Part shown: positions 36,697 through 49,599 of the stretch, one piece after another | How the letters are laid out: every line of letters starts with the position of its first letter | Position numbering within the stretch: position 1 is the first letter of the stretch | Made by a program: the position numbers and the translations under genes | Notes under the pieces: model-generated | What the model saw: only the letters and a program-made list of their open reading frames with translations | Told to the model about the DNA's origin: nothing | Database searches by the model: none | Source of the DNA: Antedon mediterranea | Taxonomy: Eukaryota; Animalia; Echinodermata | Length of the DNA: 64,000 nucleotides | Assembly: GCF_964355755.1 (NCBI RefSeq) | Contig: NC_092677.1 | Span: 4,548,101 to 4,612,100 of the forward strand | Direction: 5' to 3'

Positions 36697-37299
36697 CTCT
36701 TGACTTCGGTTTATTAAATGATTTTTTTAAATTAAATTTGAATAGTTTGAATTGAACTAGGCCTAAACTAGATTGTACAGTGTATGGACGGTACAGCTAG
36801 TACACAAGCAGTCATTGGTTATAAGGAACAAATTTTTGGGGTTTTAAATAAAATTAAAAAAATATAATTGCTGGATGAATATTATTATTTACGTATACTG
36901 CTTGGTATTATATATTACACAATTGTATATATACCATGGGAAAATAATATAATATATTATATATAGTTGTTTTTTTTTAAGGCCAACTACATAATATAAA
37001 CAATTATTTGATATTTGTATGGACGTACCACCGAAAGGACGGTATGTGCCATTGTTCTAAAGTGAGTGCCAATAAATACTGAAGCACATTCTATTTGTAT
37101 TTATTTAACACTTCATTTAATGTCTTATTACTACATTATTTATTATTAAATTAACAGTATGCCCTCCACATGTTAGAAATAGTTTGATACGTGTGGTAAA
37201 AAGATAATTTCAACTCTTTCATGTTTGTGACACAAGTACAATTAGAAATGTCCCCCTCTATAGTTTACCTAAAATTTGGAAATTGTTTGATTTTGAAGT

Positions 37300-37507
37300 T
37301 TGTTGTTTTGATACCCCAGCAGCAGAGAGCGGAAGTGGTAGAAAAACCATTGTGTCATGGTTGGCCTCTAACACATGGACAGACAACTCAGATTAAAGAA
37401 TGCTTTGGCAATGTTTGTGAACTTCGTCATTTAATTACAACTTTCATTTTACCTGATATTACTATTATTGATCTTTATACGGATTTTTGAAATTATTAAA
37501 CAGCAAG
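37300..37507 (+). other. Probable non-coding first exon of the PHLDB-like gene (start approximate)
   Basis: Strong donor AAG|GTGAGT at 37507/37508 and upstream GGAAGT ETS-like site. No other gene found between here and the PHLDB coding exons. Linkage to PHLDB is inferred. Confidence 0.4.
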
Positions 37508-39199
37508 GTGAGTTGTTTTATTTTTTAAATTAAGGTTAATTGCAAAGTATTTTGTGTATTTTATTATTAAGTTCAGGCCTGGCCTGGCTAGCTACTAGTT
37601 AGTAGTACTAGCTAGCCTAGCCCCTTGGCCTAGGCCTAGAGGTCTAGAGGACTCTGAATCGCAAAACCCCGCGAAAAGTTTTTGCACAGGACGGACCTGG
37701 CCATTCGGCTACTTAGTAGGCCTTCCAATGCTAACTTAATAGTAAGTGCAGATTTGGCTGGCAGTGACTTACCTCATCCAAATGCAGTTATTTTCTGTGT
37801 ACAAAATGAGAAGTGTTCTCTAGGCCTAAAAACCCTAGCTAGGCCTATGCTAGTAAAGTATTGTGAAGGCTAACAAGATATGCAATTTATATTTTAGGTG
37901 TAGGCCTATGTGTTTGTGCCTTCTTTATTTATTAGTTTTAGACTAAAATAGAGTTAGAATGTAGATAGTTCTTATCTTAATTCTAAGCCTACACAATGTA
38001 GGCTAGTGTGTTCTGCATTCTTAAATTAATAAATAAAATCACAGAAGTTTAGGTCAAAACTTTCCTCTTTTTGGTAGAAAGAAATTATTTGATTAAACAT
38101 TGTGGAGAAAAATTTTCACTAATGAAATGGTCTTGATTTATTAAAAATTATGTAATTTGGTTTATGATTTCATTATGCATTCATTTTTACTGAGCAATCT
38201 GTTACCAGCTACATTTCATATTTTCAACATATCATATTTGACCTTTGATGGAATTTGACCTTGATATACAACATTCCATTAGGATGGCAGCTGCTAGATG
38301 TAACCATGGTTATCACCATGGAGATACATTGACTTAAATTCATGGGTCCTGTTGAGAGGATGAAGAGCTATACATGTTCCATAGCAATTTCAGTCAATTT
38401 TGTTTATGTTTTTAATAATTTGACTGTAATCGATGAAATTATGTCATGTTTTTTTTTAACCAGAACAGCAGGCACACATCTGCTAGTTTGCACTTGTTTT
38501 TAGAGTACCAACTAAAGCAGAAAATAGAATAATTTAATTTGTGACAGTTATCAGTAGCACACTGTGGTGTCTTCACAATAAAGACAGAAATTTTTTTAGG
38601 TATTTGTTTACAAATTCAATCTGAATCACAATTTTATTTGGTAGTTATAGGCCTACAGTGTCGTCCTGCAAAAAGCTGGACAGTTTCCAAAATACATGTT
38701 AATATAGTACGTTCTCTCTCTCTTTCTCCCCTTCGTTGATGTTCACATTAGTAGCTAATTTGTTGTGCAGCTGATGGTAGTGTGAATTGAAGTGAGTTTA
38801 AATATCATAGTTTGCAAGGCTATAACTCTAGCATATCAAATATTATTTGATTCATAATGTCATTCTGTTTCACTACTTCACCTAGTGACAATAGGGTTAA
38901 ACACTTTGACCATATTTAACACGTGTAAACGTGATTATCACCTTCCAAGTGATTGCATGTCCCTGAGATTGTTTTAAAAATAGAAATAAAACTGATACTG
39001 TACATCAAGTGGCTATTTATAACATCCATCTGTCCATTTTACAATTGTAATTTTGATGCCTTTGTAGTGTAAGACCTCCATGGTGTAAGTAAGTCCATCC
39101 ATTCATAATTCTTAACAACCCATGTTAACTAAGTACACATTGTATACTGTGTTCTATCAATTCAAATATAATCCAAAATTGCCATCTTCATGTTTGATT

Positions 39200-39472
39200 T
39201 GATGACATCATCATACCAAAAAATTAGAATGTAATTGTGGGTCCTGTAATTTCACCTACAGTATGCTTATTGCTATGTATCAATATAATCAATAATATTC
39301 CATACTGTATTTGTAGGCCCAATTCAGCCCTATATGTTTCAGGTCATGGGATGGCTTCATCAAATTTCTGGGCATGTATTGTATGTGTAAGTTTACAGTA
39401 AATGCTGGTAAAATTCATAAATCAAAGATCATCTATACATAATTGTTCAAAGTGATGAAATAAATTGTAGTT
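39200..39472 (+). mobile_element. Old, decayed 3' part of a subfamily-B-like Helentron/DINE element
   Basis: GTGGGTCCTGTAATTTCACCTA and a degraded terminal hairpin ATAATTGTTCAAAGTGATGAAATAAATTGTAGT, like 8071-8103. A similar degraded end lies at 31461-31492. Confidence 0.55.
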
Positions 39473-39873
39473 AAATAAAAATATTATTTTTAAAGATATG
39501 ATTATATTTCATACTGTCATTTTACTATTGTAATTTTTGATACATAATAGTACATCTGCCTCCCAGCTGCTAAAATGTATGGTAAACTACAGTATGGCAG
39601 TAGTTATGGCCATTACGCACGTCATGCCTATTATTATCACTGCCATTTTAGGCCAATTAGAGTAGTTGTTAAAACATTAGCATAATATTATATAAATAAC
39701 TCTGAATTTTATTATATAAATTCACAAAGAGAAACAAAGTCTGGATTTTTATCTGCAAAGATAAACAAATCATTCATGCTTTTTATATCATATTTTAATA
39801 CAGAGTAGTAGTAAAGGAATTATCAATATTTAATAAACTTGGCATTACTTTATAATAATAAATATAAAGTTTA

Positions 39874-41407
39874 ACTAGACATGTAACTCGTCACTTTGAC
39901 GAGTTTGGTTATCCGCCGCGCAAGTGGTGCAACATTAACATTAAGGGGATATGTTGAGGACAAAAGGAAGTGTTCACGTTGGCATTATGACCTGAACTGA
40001 AGAATATGATATGTTGTTATTGCTGAATTTTATTATTTAAATTCATATATAGTATACACAGTATAATCTGTATCCATATCACATACAGTGTAGAATAGGT
40101 GAAATTACGGGACCCGCTATTTATTGCAATTTTTAACATGTTGACGGTTTTAAAATGAAACGCGAAGGTAGCAATTCCGAAAGGAAATTATCTCAGCAAC
40201 AACGTATTAGCGTGTAGAAGAAATTTGAATACGTGAAATATTGATGCGCGCTCTTTTAAATGTAATGAATTATGACGCAAAAGATGAAAATACGACCTTT
40301 TTTATTTAACTGGCCATATGATGACGTCACAACATCCGATTGGCAAAATTTTTACATAATTTCGTATCTACAATCAAATAGCTTTCAGAAAAAGTTTTAA
40401 TCGTGATTATCACATTTTATTCTTACGAGCTATAACAGATTAAAATTTACTGTAAAGATGAAATTAATGCCACACGTGATTTCAATTTTTAGGCATGATG
40501 ACGTCATAAAAATTAAAATATTTTTAACTCATGCGAAAGATAGTTTATAGACATAGGCAATATCAAAATTGGGGTGAAAATGGAAAACGGATAAGTGGAG
40601 ATGCGCTCTATTCAATGTGATGAGCTATGACGAAAGATACAAAAATCCTAAATTTTATATTCGCGTGGCCATACGATGACGTCACAATGTCCGGTTAGCC
40701 ATGTTACTACCTGATCCGATATCTACAACTCATCTACTTCCAGAATATGCCATCCACAAAAAGTTGACCGTCTAGTTTAGAAATTACGACTGTTTAAAAA
40801 AAGGCATAATTTTGACGAATTTTTGAACTTTTTCATCAAAAACGCGCCCAAATTGTCCAATTCGACGTGCTCGTATGACGTAACTTTAAGTCGAAATTGT
40901 TTAAAAGTTGGTAAAATTACTAGAAGAGGCTGGAAAAACATAAGTCACGCGAAAAAAATACGTTTTCAATGCTACGTGCGCACCGCACACGTAAAAATGT
41001 GCGCACGCGTGGGAATTTTTGACATGCTTAAAACGACATAAAACGCGTAGAAAGTTGATTATAAATTAATTTTGCGCATTTTGAAATTTTAAATACGCGT
41101 GCGCGCGTAACTTTGTGTAAAACACGCAATTTTTTTTCAACAGAAAGTTAGCGCATGATATAAATTAAACTTTTGCAAAGTTTCACTTTAAAATGTTATT
41201 TGGTTTTCGACATATGTTAGATACGAGAAAATCGTTAAATCGCGCGTACGTCACGTTGCGCAATTGTAAACATCATGAAAAGCTTCGCTTGACGACGTTA
41301 CATAAATGTCAAAATGTTAACATAGTTACCGAAATGTTATGTTTGCGAGTTTTAGAGAAAAGCGTTACACAAAAATCATACAGAAAGAAAGAAGAAGAAT
41401 AAAAAGT

Positions 41408-41440
<33 letters not shown>

Positions 41441-41487
41441 CGTACAATCACAAGAGGTTATCCTGCAACTTCGTTGCGGATAACCAA
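39874..41487 (-). mobile_element. Complete solo monomer of Helentron/DINE-like subfamily A
   Basis: Reverse complement reads TTGGTTATCCGCAACGAAGTTGCAGGATAACC leader, (ATC)n-AACTTTTTATTCTTCTTCTTTCTTTCTG linker, ~1.5-kb body, subTIR, hairpin, CTAGT. Inserted in T-rich sequence without TSD. Confidence 0.85.
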
Positions 41488-44323
41488 CAAAATGATAATA
41501 AATTTTCAGCAGGTCTGTGTATAGAATTTATCCCATATTTATTTCATAAGTATCAAAACGAAAGATGGATTTTTATGTTTACAATGAGTAGTACAGGTAC
41601 TAACAAACATCAATGCCCACTAATGTAATTATACAAATTACCCTGAAGCTAATCCCATACTTTGCTCTTTGCTGCATTCATATGAAGTTAGCTAGTAGTA
41701 CATTTTGTGCCCACAGGCACTGCATCATGGTCCAGTCTGATTGTGTCTGATTGAATATGATACTATATTTTATTGTTAACGGATCTAATGGATTAATTTC
41801 TGTGTTTAAACTGAAGTATGCATCATTCACTGGAAACAAAGAATTACAATTTCTACCTACTGGTCAGCGAGTGTAATGTATTATACAAAAGTAAACTTAA
41901 TATTGGTATGGTAGGCCGATATTGATCACTCAGTAATATATAGGTTGGCCTATGTATTTAGTAGTTCTTAATCTTTGTAAACTACGGTATAATGCATATG
42001 AATCAACACACACACACACACTAGCAACCATTGCTAGCTGAATAAAGTGACATAGTCCTTGAGCACCCCTATCGGACAAGTAGGGGATTTATTTATTTAT
42101 TCTTTCTTTTGACTGGATTGCATTTTCAGTAATGTAGTACTGCTTTCCAAAATGGTCCAGTTATAAGTTTAAAAGTAAATAAAAATTATAACATAAATAC
42201 ACAGAAGGCCTACAGTAATTTAAAAGATATATACATGACTTAGTGTATTGCTAGTATACAAACAACCACTGAGTGTCACACACAGCCACCCATTATCTGG
42301 GCCCTCTGGGAGAACAGTCTTTGACTAATTAAAGAGGCTTCACAGTATAAAGAAATAACAATTATACAAATGTTCTACTCTGCGACCAAAATCTGAGTAC
42401 TGTACCGTATTTTTAAATTGCAGTACTACTGTACAATTTTTTTTAATGTACAGTATTAATTGTTCTAAATAAAATTTATTAAACTTTAGTCTTCAAAATC
42501 ATTCTTTAAACATGATATTTCCACAATCTAAACTAAAGCGATTATTATTATTTATACTGCAGTACAATATTTCTAAATGACTACAGGTCTTTTGCTTAGC
42601 ACTGCTCTAGATTTAAATATTACAACCTTGACTACAGTTGATGGCTCCCTCAGGAGATCCACTAAAAGCTTTCTAAACATGTGTTTAGTCCACAATCAAT
42701 GTTCACATTCTGAATATTTTTCAAAACAGAGAAATATTTTCATATAAATAATTGTCTGGCATATAATATTCACACTAAAAATTATCAATACAGTATACAT
42801 ATTGCTTTTGCTTGATGATGATACTGTAGTGTCACATTTGGCCTCTTCTGTCCATGTGAAAGGGGCTTTGAATATCAACAGTTACCTTGCAAAAAGTACA
42901 TTCAGTATGCTAACTTACTTAACAGTTTACTCAACAATGTTGCCTTTTGGTAATTTCTAAAATGTTTAATTAGGGATCAACATTTATATTCTACTGCAGT
43001 AATATTTCTGCAGTAACAATTTTTTTAATAATAATAAATATATATTGATGAACAATTATAATAGTACATGATTTTAAGAGCCATTCATTGAGACAGCGTG
43101 TTTGTGCTTATCCCCTACCCCCCAAAAAGCCCGAGCTATGTATTATTACTGCACTAACTACAGTACTTTTTTATTGCAATATGCATAATTTTAGATTTTT
43201 CAATTGTTAGTAAAGTTTACGAGCTAGTCATTGAGACAGTGTGGTTGTGGTTATTCCCCCACTCACCCCCACACACAACAAAAGCCTGCTATACAGATTG
43301 ATATTGTAGTTTTACTGGAGTATAACTTCAGTAAAATAATGTTGACATCATCCCTCCCTTGTCCTGATTTACAGTTTACCGGATTTAAATTACAAACAAG
43401 CATGAACTAAAACTATGGCTTTATAATTAAGCCAGGCAATACAAATACCACATTATGCGATAATCTTCTATTAATAAATCTCCTCAAATTACCTGCATTG
43501 TGCTATAGATTTTCATAAATTTGCCATTAGATTGGTTAAGAACATATTCTATTTCTGTCAACAAGATCTTGATCATTTTCAACATCATTGACTGTCTGAC
43601 TGAGGTAATATCCTTTGTCTTTCTCAAAGAATAAGAATTATAATTTGAAACAATGATTTTGTGATAAAAGAACAAGAAATCTTTATTTCCATTCCCTCTG
43701 AAAAACTTATTTTTTAAAATTGTATGATTGATAGTTTTGCAGTTTCATATACTGTAATGAATTATTATTAGCACGATGACATAAGATAAGATATATAATT
43801 CCAAATAATGAAAGTAAACTAGAGTTTATACAATTAACAGTAGTTTTTAACAGTAGTTTTAAAAGTCTATAGAAAGAAAAATCAAAAAATAATGTTTTAT
43901 TAACTATAAAAAAGACCAAAAACCCATTGTCTGACAGTGACAGACAATTTGACTAGTTTTGCTTTTAATTACAGTTTTGTGAGGTAAATATTTATAATTT
44001 TCGATCCATTTTAGAATAAATTGGTAAATTAAAAAATGTTTAATTTGTTCATGGGGATACCTCTGATTTTACTATGTTTATGCCTTTCGATGAATTTTAC
44101 CATGGAGTATTCTTTACTCCATGATTTTACTTTAAAAAAATATAAAATATTTTTTACAACAAATAATTCAAAATGTAATAATTTTACAACAGATGGAAAT
44201 CTTATTTTTAGTTAAAATTGTAATTATTATATAAATTATTAACTTCTTTCCCTATAAATAATTGTGTAGGAACCATCAATGGAAATAAAAAATGAATGAA
44301 TTTTAAATGTTGTTTACTTGTAG

Positions 44324-44395
44324 GTTTCGTATTTATGGAGTTGGTTTAAAGTTACTGAAACTGGAGAACACGTTTACAAATTGAAATAGAAACAG
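44324..44395 (+). other. Probable 5' UTR exon of the PHLDB-like gene (contains a 4-codon uORF MELV*)
   Basis: TTGTAG| acceptor and CAG|GTAAGA donor flank 72 nt. Inferred only. Confidence 0.4.
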
Positions 44396-46899
44396 GTAAG
44401 ATTGTATAGATTACTTGATTAAAATTGTAATTGGGAAAATTGGAAAATACATTTTGTATTCTTTATGTAACTGTGCTGTTCAATTATTTTAGTCTGTTGT
44501 TAATATTTCTTAATAGTGATATACTGTAACATTGTTTTAAGGTTTGCATGGCAAAATTATATATTCAACTAAAGTTACTGTAGATTTGTACTGTATTGTA
44601 CCATGTCCATGTGATTCCAATAAAATGATGTTGAGAATGTCTTTTCGGTTGTCGTGCTACCAAAGTCTTTTCATGGAAATGAATGCGGCTAAAAAACAAC
44701 CCTTAATCTGGGGACACGATCTCCATAAAGCTCTGTCTGCACTATCAAACTAGTTTGACGAAAAAAAAGTGATTGTACCCAAATATGGTAGGATATGCTT
44801 AAATATGGTAGTGATATGCTTAAATATAACATCATCATGTCCATATATGGGCACATCACATTTTTGTGTCACATAAAGTTTGATAGTGTAGACAGATTTA
44901 CTTGGGAAACTTGTTTGGTCCCGAATGCATCAGCCCTGCAACAGTGCAGGAAGATCAGTGAATCAGTTTGTGGAATTCTCTTAGCATGTCCTACACAGTA
45001 CAATGGTCCCTAATTTAATAACTGCAATATGTCACTGGTCAGGTATTGAATGATTCAAATGTAATCACTTTCCATGACCTTAAGTAACCTTTAAGGTGTA
45101 AATACTGTACTTTAATTGGATAATTTTAGCACTTCCTTCATTGACTGTTAATAAAGTGATTTAATGGGATTTAATTTCGCAAGCCCTATTTGATGTTGTG
45201 ATTCAGGTAAACTAGTAAGTAGGTCAACCTTTATTCTAAATAGATTAGTAGTAATAGTAGTGGTAGTGATATGACATCATCATGTCTATATATTGGCACA
45301 TCACATTTTGTTGTCACATAAAGTTTGAGATTGTGGACAGAGCTTTAGACTTTACTGTAGGTCATACTACAGATGTATGGAATATAGTATAGTAGTACAG
45401 GGTTGAGAGGGGGTGTAGGGGATTAGGGGTGGTTAGGAGGAGGTACAGTATCTGTTTTCTTTTGCTGGCAGAAACTGGCCTCAGGATGGCCTGACATTGT
45501 TTAATGTAATGTTTAAATCCATGCCAATGCCTGGTGCAGTACTGTACACAATAGTAGTATTACAATATGACCTTTATAGTACAGTACATGTTGCTTATTT
45601 GAACTCTGTCCACACTAATACTCAGTGTTGTGGTTAAAATTGTATGCATTCTTTTATGAATAATTAAAAATAGTACAAGAGGACAGGTTCAGTGAGTCTG
45701 AGTTGATAGGTAAGTCAATCACTTTGATTGCTGGGATTATTATCTCAGTGCACAGTACAATGGAAGAAGACCATACAGGTACTGATAGTAAATACAGTAC
45801 ATAATGTACAATATATAGTATAGTAGTAAACATTTAGAATACATAGTCACAATACAGGCTCTGCAACACATGTGTCTTTGTGTGTAAAGTACAAAAATGC
45901 ATGTTTTATCTTACTGTACCTTGCCCTTTTTTACACATGGTTTAGTCTACAGTAGGCCTATTTCTTGCCTGGCTTCTGGGATAAACCGACAATAGCCTAT
46001 TCTCTTTGCAAAGAGCGAAATTTAGTATAATTTGAAATAGTATACAGTAAAATGATTGAACTCCCCTCTCCATAAATGGTACAGTCTACAAACCACATAT
46101 AATACTCAAGGGGAAGTATTCCTACAAACCACCATTTTTTTTTTTGGAGACATCGAAAAATATTTGATTTTCTGATATATCCATCTGTATTATTATTATT
46201 GTGTAAATTCTGTACATTTGAAGTTTATATATTATTATTTTGGTTGATATTATTACCTATGGTTTTAAGTGTGTAATTAATTCAGTTCAGTCATGGTCCA
46301 TTGACTGCAAGCTATGATCAATTTGTAATGTTTTGATTCTTAATATTATATTTTAATCAAACAAAGTGTTGAATTTGGTGTGGAATCATCTGATCAATTA
46401 ATGATGGTGATGTATAGCAAAGTGCAATGTACACATAAACATTGGAATTCAATTATTGATTAATATGAGTACTGTATAGTGCAATGACTATGTACTGTGG
46501 ATTTAATATAATGGAAATTGATTCTGTTTTAATAATACGTTGATCTTAATCTTATAATTTTGCTTAATACACAACTAAGCACATTATTATACCCTGGTAA
46601 TGTTTTTGATCAAACACGTCTGGAAACATACACCCATAATGTTGCAGTGGCCATAATCAGCGCAGTCTATTTTGTGCCTAGCTTACCTGGATAAACCGAC
46701 AATAGCCCTTTCTCCTCGAAGAGCGAGATATACCTCGAAAATTAGAAATGTTCATTGAACACCCCTCTCCACAAGTGGTATAGTCCATTAACTATGCCCT
46801 CAGGTGGGAGCCTCCCCACAAACCACCATCATCATGAAATGATGATTTCATGAGAGAGTAAACATGTCTTCAAGAGAGCTTGTACAGTGGTACAATTTG

Positions 46900-47078
46900 G
46901 TTTTTGAACCTATACCAGGTACCCCTTTCTTTGTACACCTGGGTGGAGAGAGGTAAAGAAATGTAAAGTGTCTTGCCTAAGGATACTGTACTGTACATGC
47001 AATGCAGTGAGAGTTGGATTTGAACCCACGATCCCTTGACCAGTGATCCAACGTCCAACACACTGTGCCACATGCCCT
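46900..47078 (-). mobile_element. tRNA-derived CORE-type SINE
   Basis: Minus strand: TGTGGCACAGTGTG (A box), GGGTTCAAATCC (B box), TCCTTAGGCAAGACACTTTAC (CORE-like), CTCTCTCCACCCAGGTGTA..GGGTACC. Confidence 0.7.
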
Positions 47079-49089
47079 TACTACTATTACTACAGTAGCT
47101 GATTTAATACAAATCATACGTTTTAATAAGTCTACAGTAATGTTTGATTGTATTTATGGTCACTTTAGCATACCTCAGTCTTATTAAATGTACAATATCT
47201 GCTAGCTATACACTTAAAATCTTTTATTTAGTATGCAATCAACATTACAACAAGTACTGTATGAAAATTGTCTAAACCAGCTATTATTTCATACAGGAAC
47301 ATAATACACCCATTGTACTGTACAGTATACTGTACTATAGTTTCCTAAATCTATTTGTGTAGCCAAGATTTTGTATTTATTGGAGGTCAATCATCCAGAA
47401 TTTCTTACACTGTAATCCAGGCACTACAGTTTGAGAAATTATTATCATTAAAAATTCTGAATCCTCTATGATGTACAGTAGAGGATAGTGTTAAACATTG
47501 TACTAGTAGCGATTGATAAAACCCAAATCTTGTTGCTACATGTTATTGTTATACAAAAAGTGAATTCATAGTATTGTCAATGTTGGTAGAAAAACCATGA
47601 ATTCAACAAGTACCACCATTGTGACATTAATCTCTCAGCAGTTCTTGTGGTTTTGTTATTCCATTATTTAAGGTTGTAACCTTCTTTTCAATAATTATTA
47701 GTCTGGCTTTAAATTCAATTGTTAAGAGGTTGAATGATATTTAAAAATAATCAAGGCATAAAAGGTTAATAATAGTTCATTCAGGTTTCCTGAATAAAAA
47801 TTCCATCCTCTTTATATTTAAGTGTGTATGTATTATTTTTCACTGTAAACTTGTTGCACATCTCATTGAGACTGTGCCTCTGATTTAAAAGAGATACAAT
47901 AAAAGTTCAGTTTTTATAGTATTTAAAAATTAGTAAACATTTACTAGGCTACTGTAGTCTAACAATAGTAATAGTCCTCTAGTCCATCCATAATATAATA
48001 CTATTAGTGCTGGCCTGATGCTCAAACTTGCCCTCTTTTTCAAGAAAATAAATTACTTAAAATATAAATCTATTATTTTTAATTATAGAAATAGTGAAGT
48101 AAACAGAAGTAGTGATAGCAAGTAAAGCTTAGTTCTCCTCACTAGAGACTCAACATAAGCGAGTTGACCAATGACAAGCAACAGTTCAAATATTCCATCG
48201 CTTGTGATTGGTCAAATCGCTTGTGTTGCATCTGTACTGTAGTGGGAACCATAGAGGTAATGACCCTGATTCTGTTAATTACTGTTTTTGACCTTTGCCG
48301 TTTGATAGTTTGCTGGGTGTTAACATTGAAATTGATCCTGTCCTAATGAGTGTTGATGCCTGTATAAGCATCACTAATAGCATCTCATCTGTCCCAGTTA
48401 ATTCAGCTTAGAAATGATTGACATTTAAGTTTAGGAAAACATTCTTAACATAAATAGTGAGAACACCAAAACGATAGGGTTTTGGAATGCCATCATCTAC
48501 GGTACCATAGCACCTGATAAATGAAAACTTCTTTCTTTGATGATGGCGGCAAAGGATATTTTCCAATCTTCTTGATGATGCTTTGGTTTTGGATTTTTTC
48601 TGCACAGGAGCACTTTGAGGTTTTTTCAATATTACTAGGCGCTTTATAAATTAAGGATATTTATTTTATTTGATTTCTAAACCAAACCAACAGCAAAAAG
48701 AAATTTGCCAATAATAGGATTTGATTGTTTTCGACCATGACTCTCACCATGTACCATACCAATAAAACAAAAACAGAAATGCATTCTGCCTTTTTATTAA
48801 AACAAACTAAACAAAGCATTATTTTCCCTTTGTTCTTGAAATATGTATCAGAATGTAAATTCTGTTTTGACATAATTATTATCCTCAGGTTTTTTTTCTG
48901 CATTTCATAGATTACTGTAGATAGGCATCAGTCAGTTTTAATTTAATTAAACATTGATGTACAATCAGCATGATCTATGACAACATTGTCTTTTAAAAAG
49001 AAAGAAAAAACTCATAGTTACGGGAGGGCAATACTACAGTAAGTGTAGCTCTTAGTTTAACAATAGGCCTACATACTGTACAGTATAGT

Positions 49090-49420
49090 GAGTAAGTCAA
49101 ATGGCCCAGCGGTTAAACCTACCTAAAGAGCCAACAACATCGCCAAGGGTTCGAGGCCGACTCACTCCTAGTTCTCGTGGTGGAACAAGTCTTCTCGGAT
49201 AAGAACTATAAACCGTTGTAGGTCCAGTGTACACAGTTATAATTAACATGTGTTTAAAGAACCCAGTTCATTATTCGAGAAGAGTAGGGGGTTACCCCAG
49301 TGAACTGGTTCACAAAATAGCCCCTGTATCAGGAGGATTATCACCTATTATTCTGATAGGACAGTGATTAATTTACTATTGGTAATTCTTGGCCACATGT
49401 GCCTCAAGACATAAAATAAA
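49090..49420 (+). mobile_element. tRNA-derived SINE, Meta-domain-like body
   Basis: TGGCCCAGCGGTTAA (A box), GGGTTCGAGGCC (B box), body TCGGATAAGAACTATAAACCGT..AGGTCC..TTAAAGAACCC, A-rich end. Confidence 0.6.
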
Positions 49421-49599
49421 ATTTAAAAAAACATAAACCACGTAACTCATAGAAAATATAAGAAGGAATCATAGGTTTAGCTCTGAGTTTAACAACTTGT
49501 TCAGTATGCTTATGAACAGACAGTATGTGTATAATAACATAGAATAAATAATGTAGGATGAATAGCGCAGGATGAATAGCACAGGTGAAATGATCTGGT

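Noticed and set aside
45950-46830. Two similar segments (GGATAAACCGACAATAGCC...) about 700 bp apart
   Set aside because: Look like diverged copies of an ordinary dispersed repeat; no termini or coding signal could be defined.
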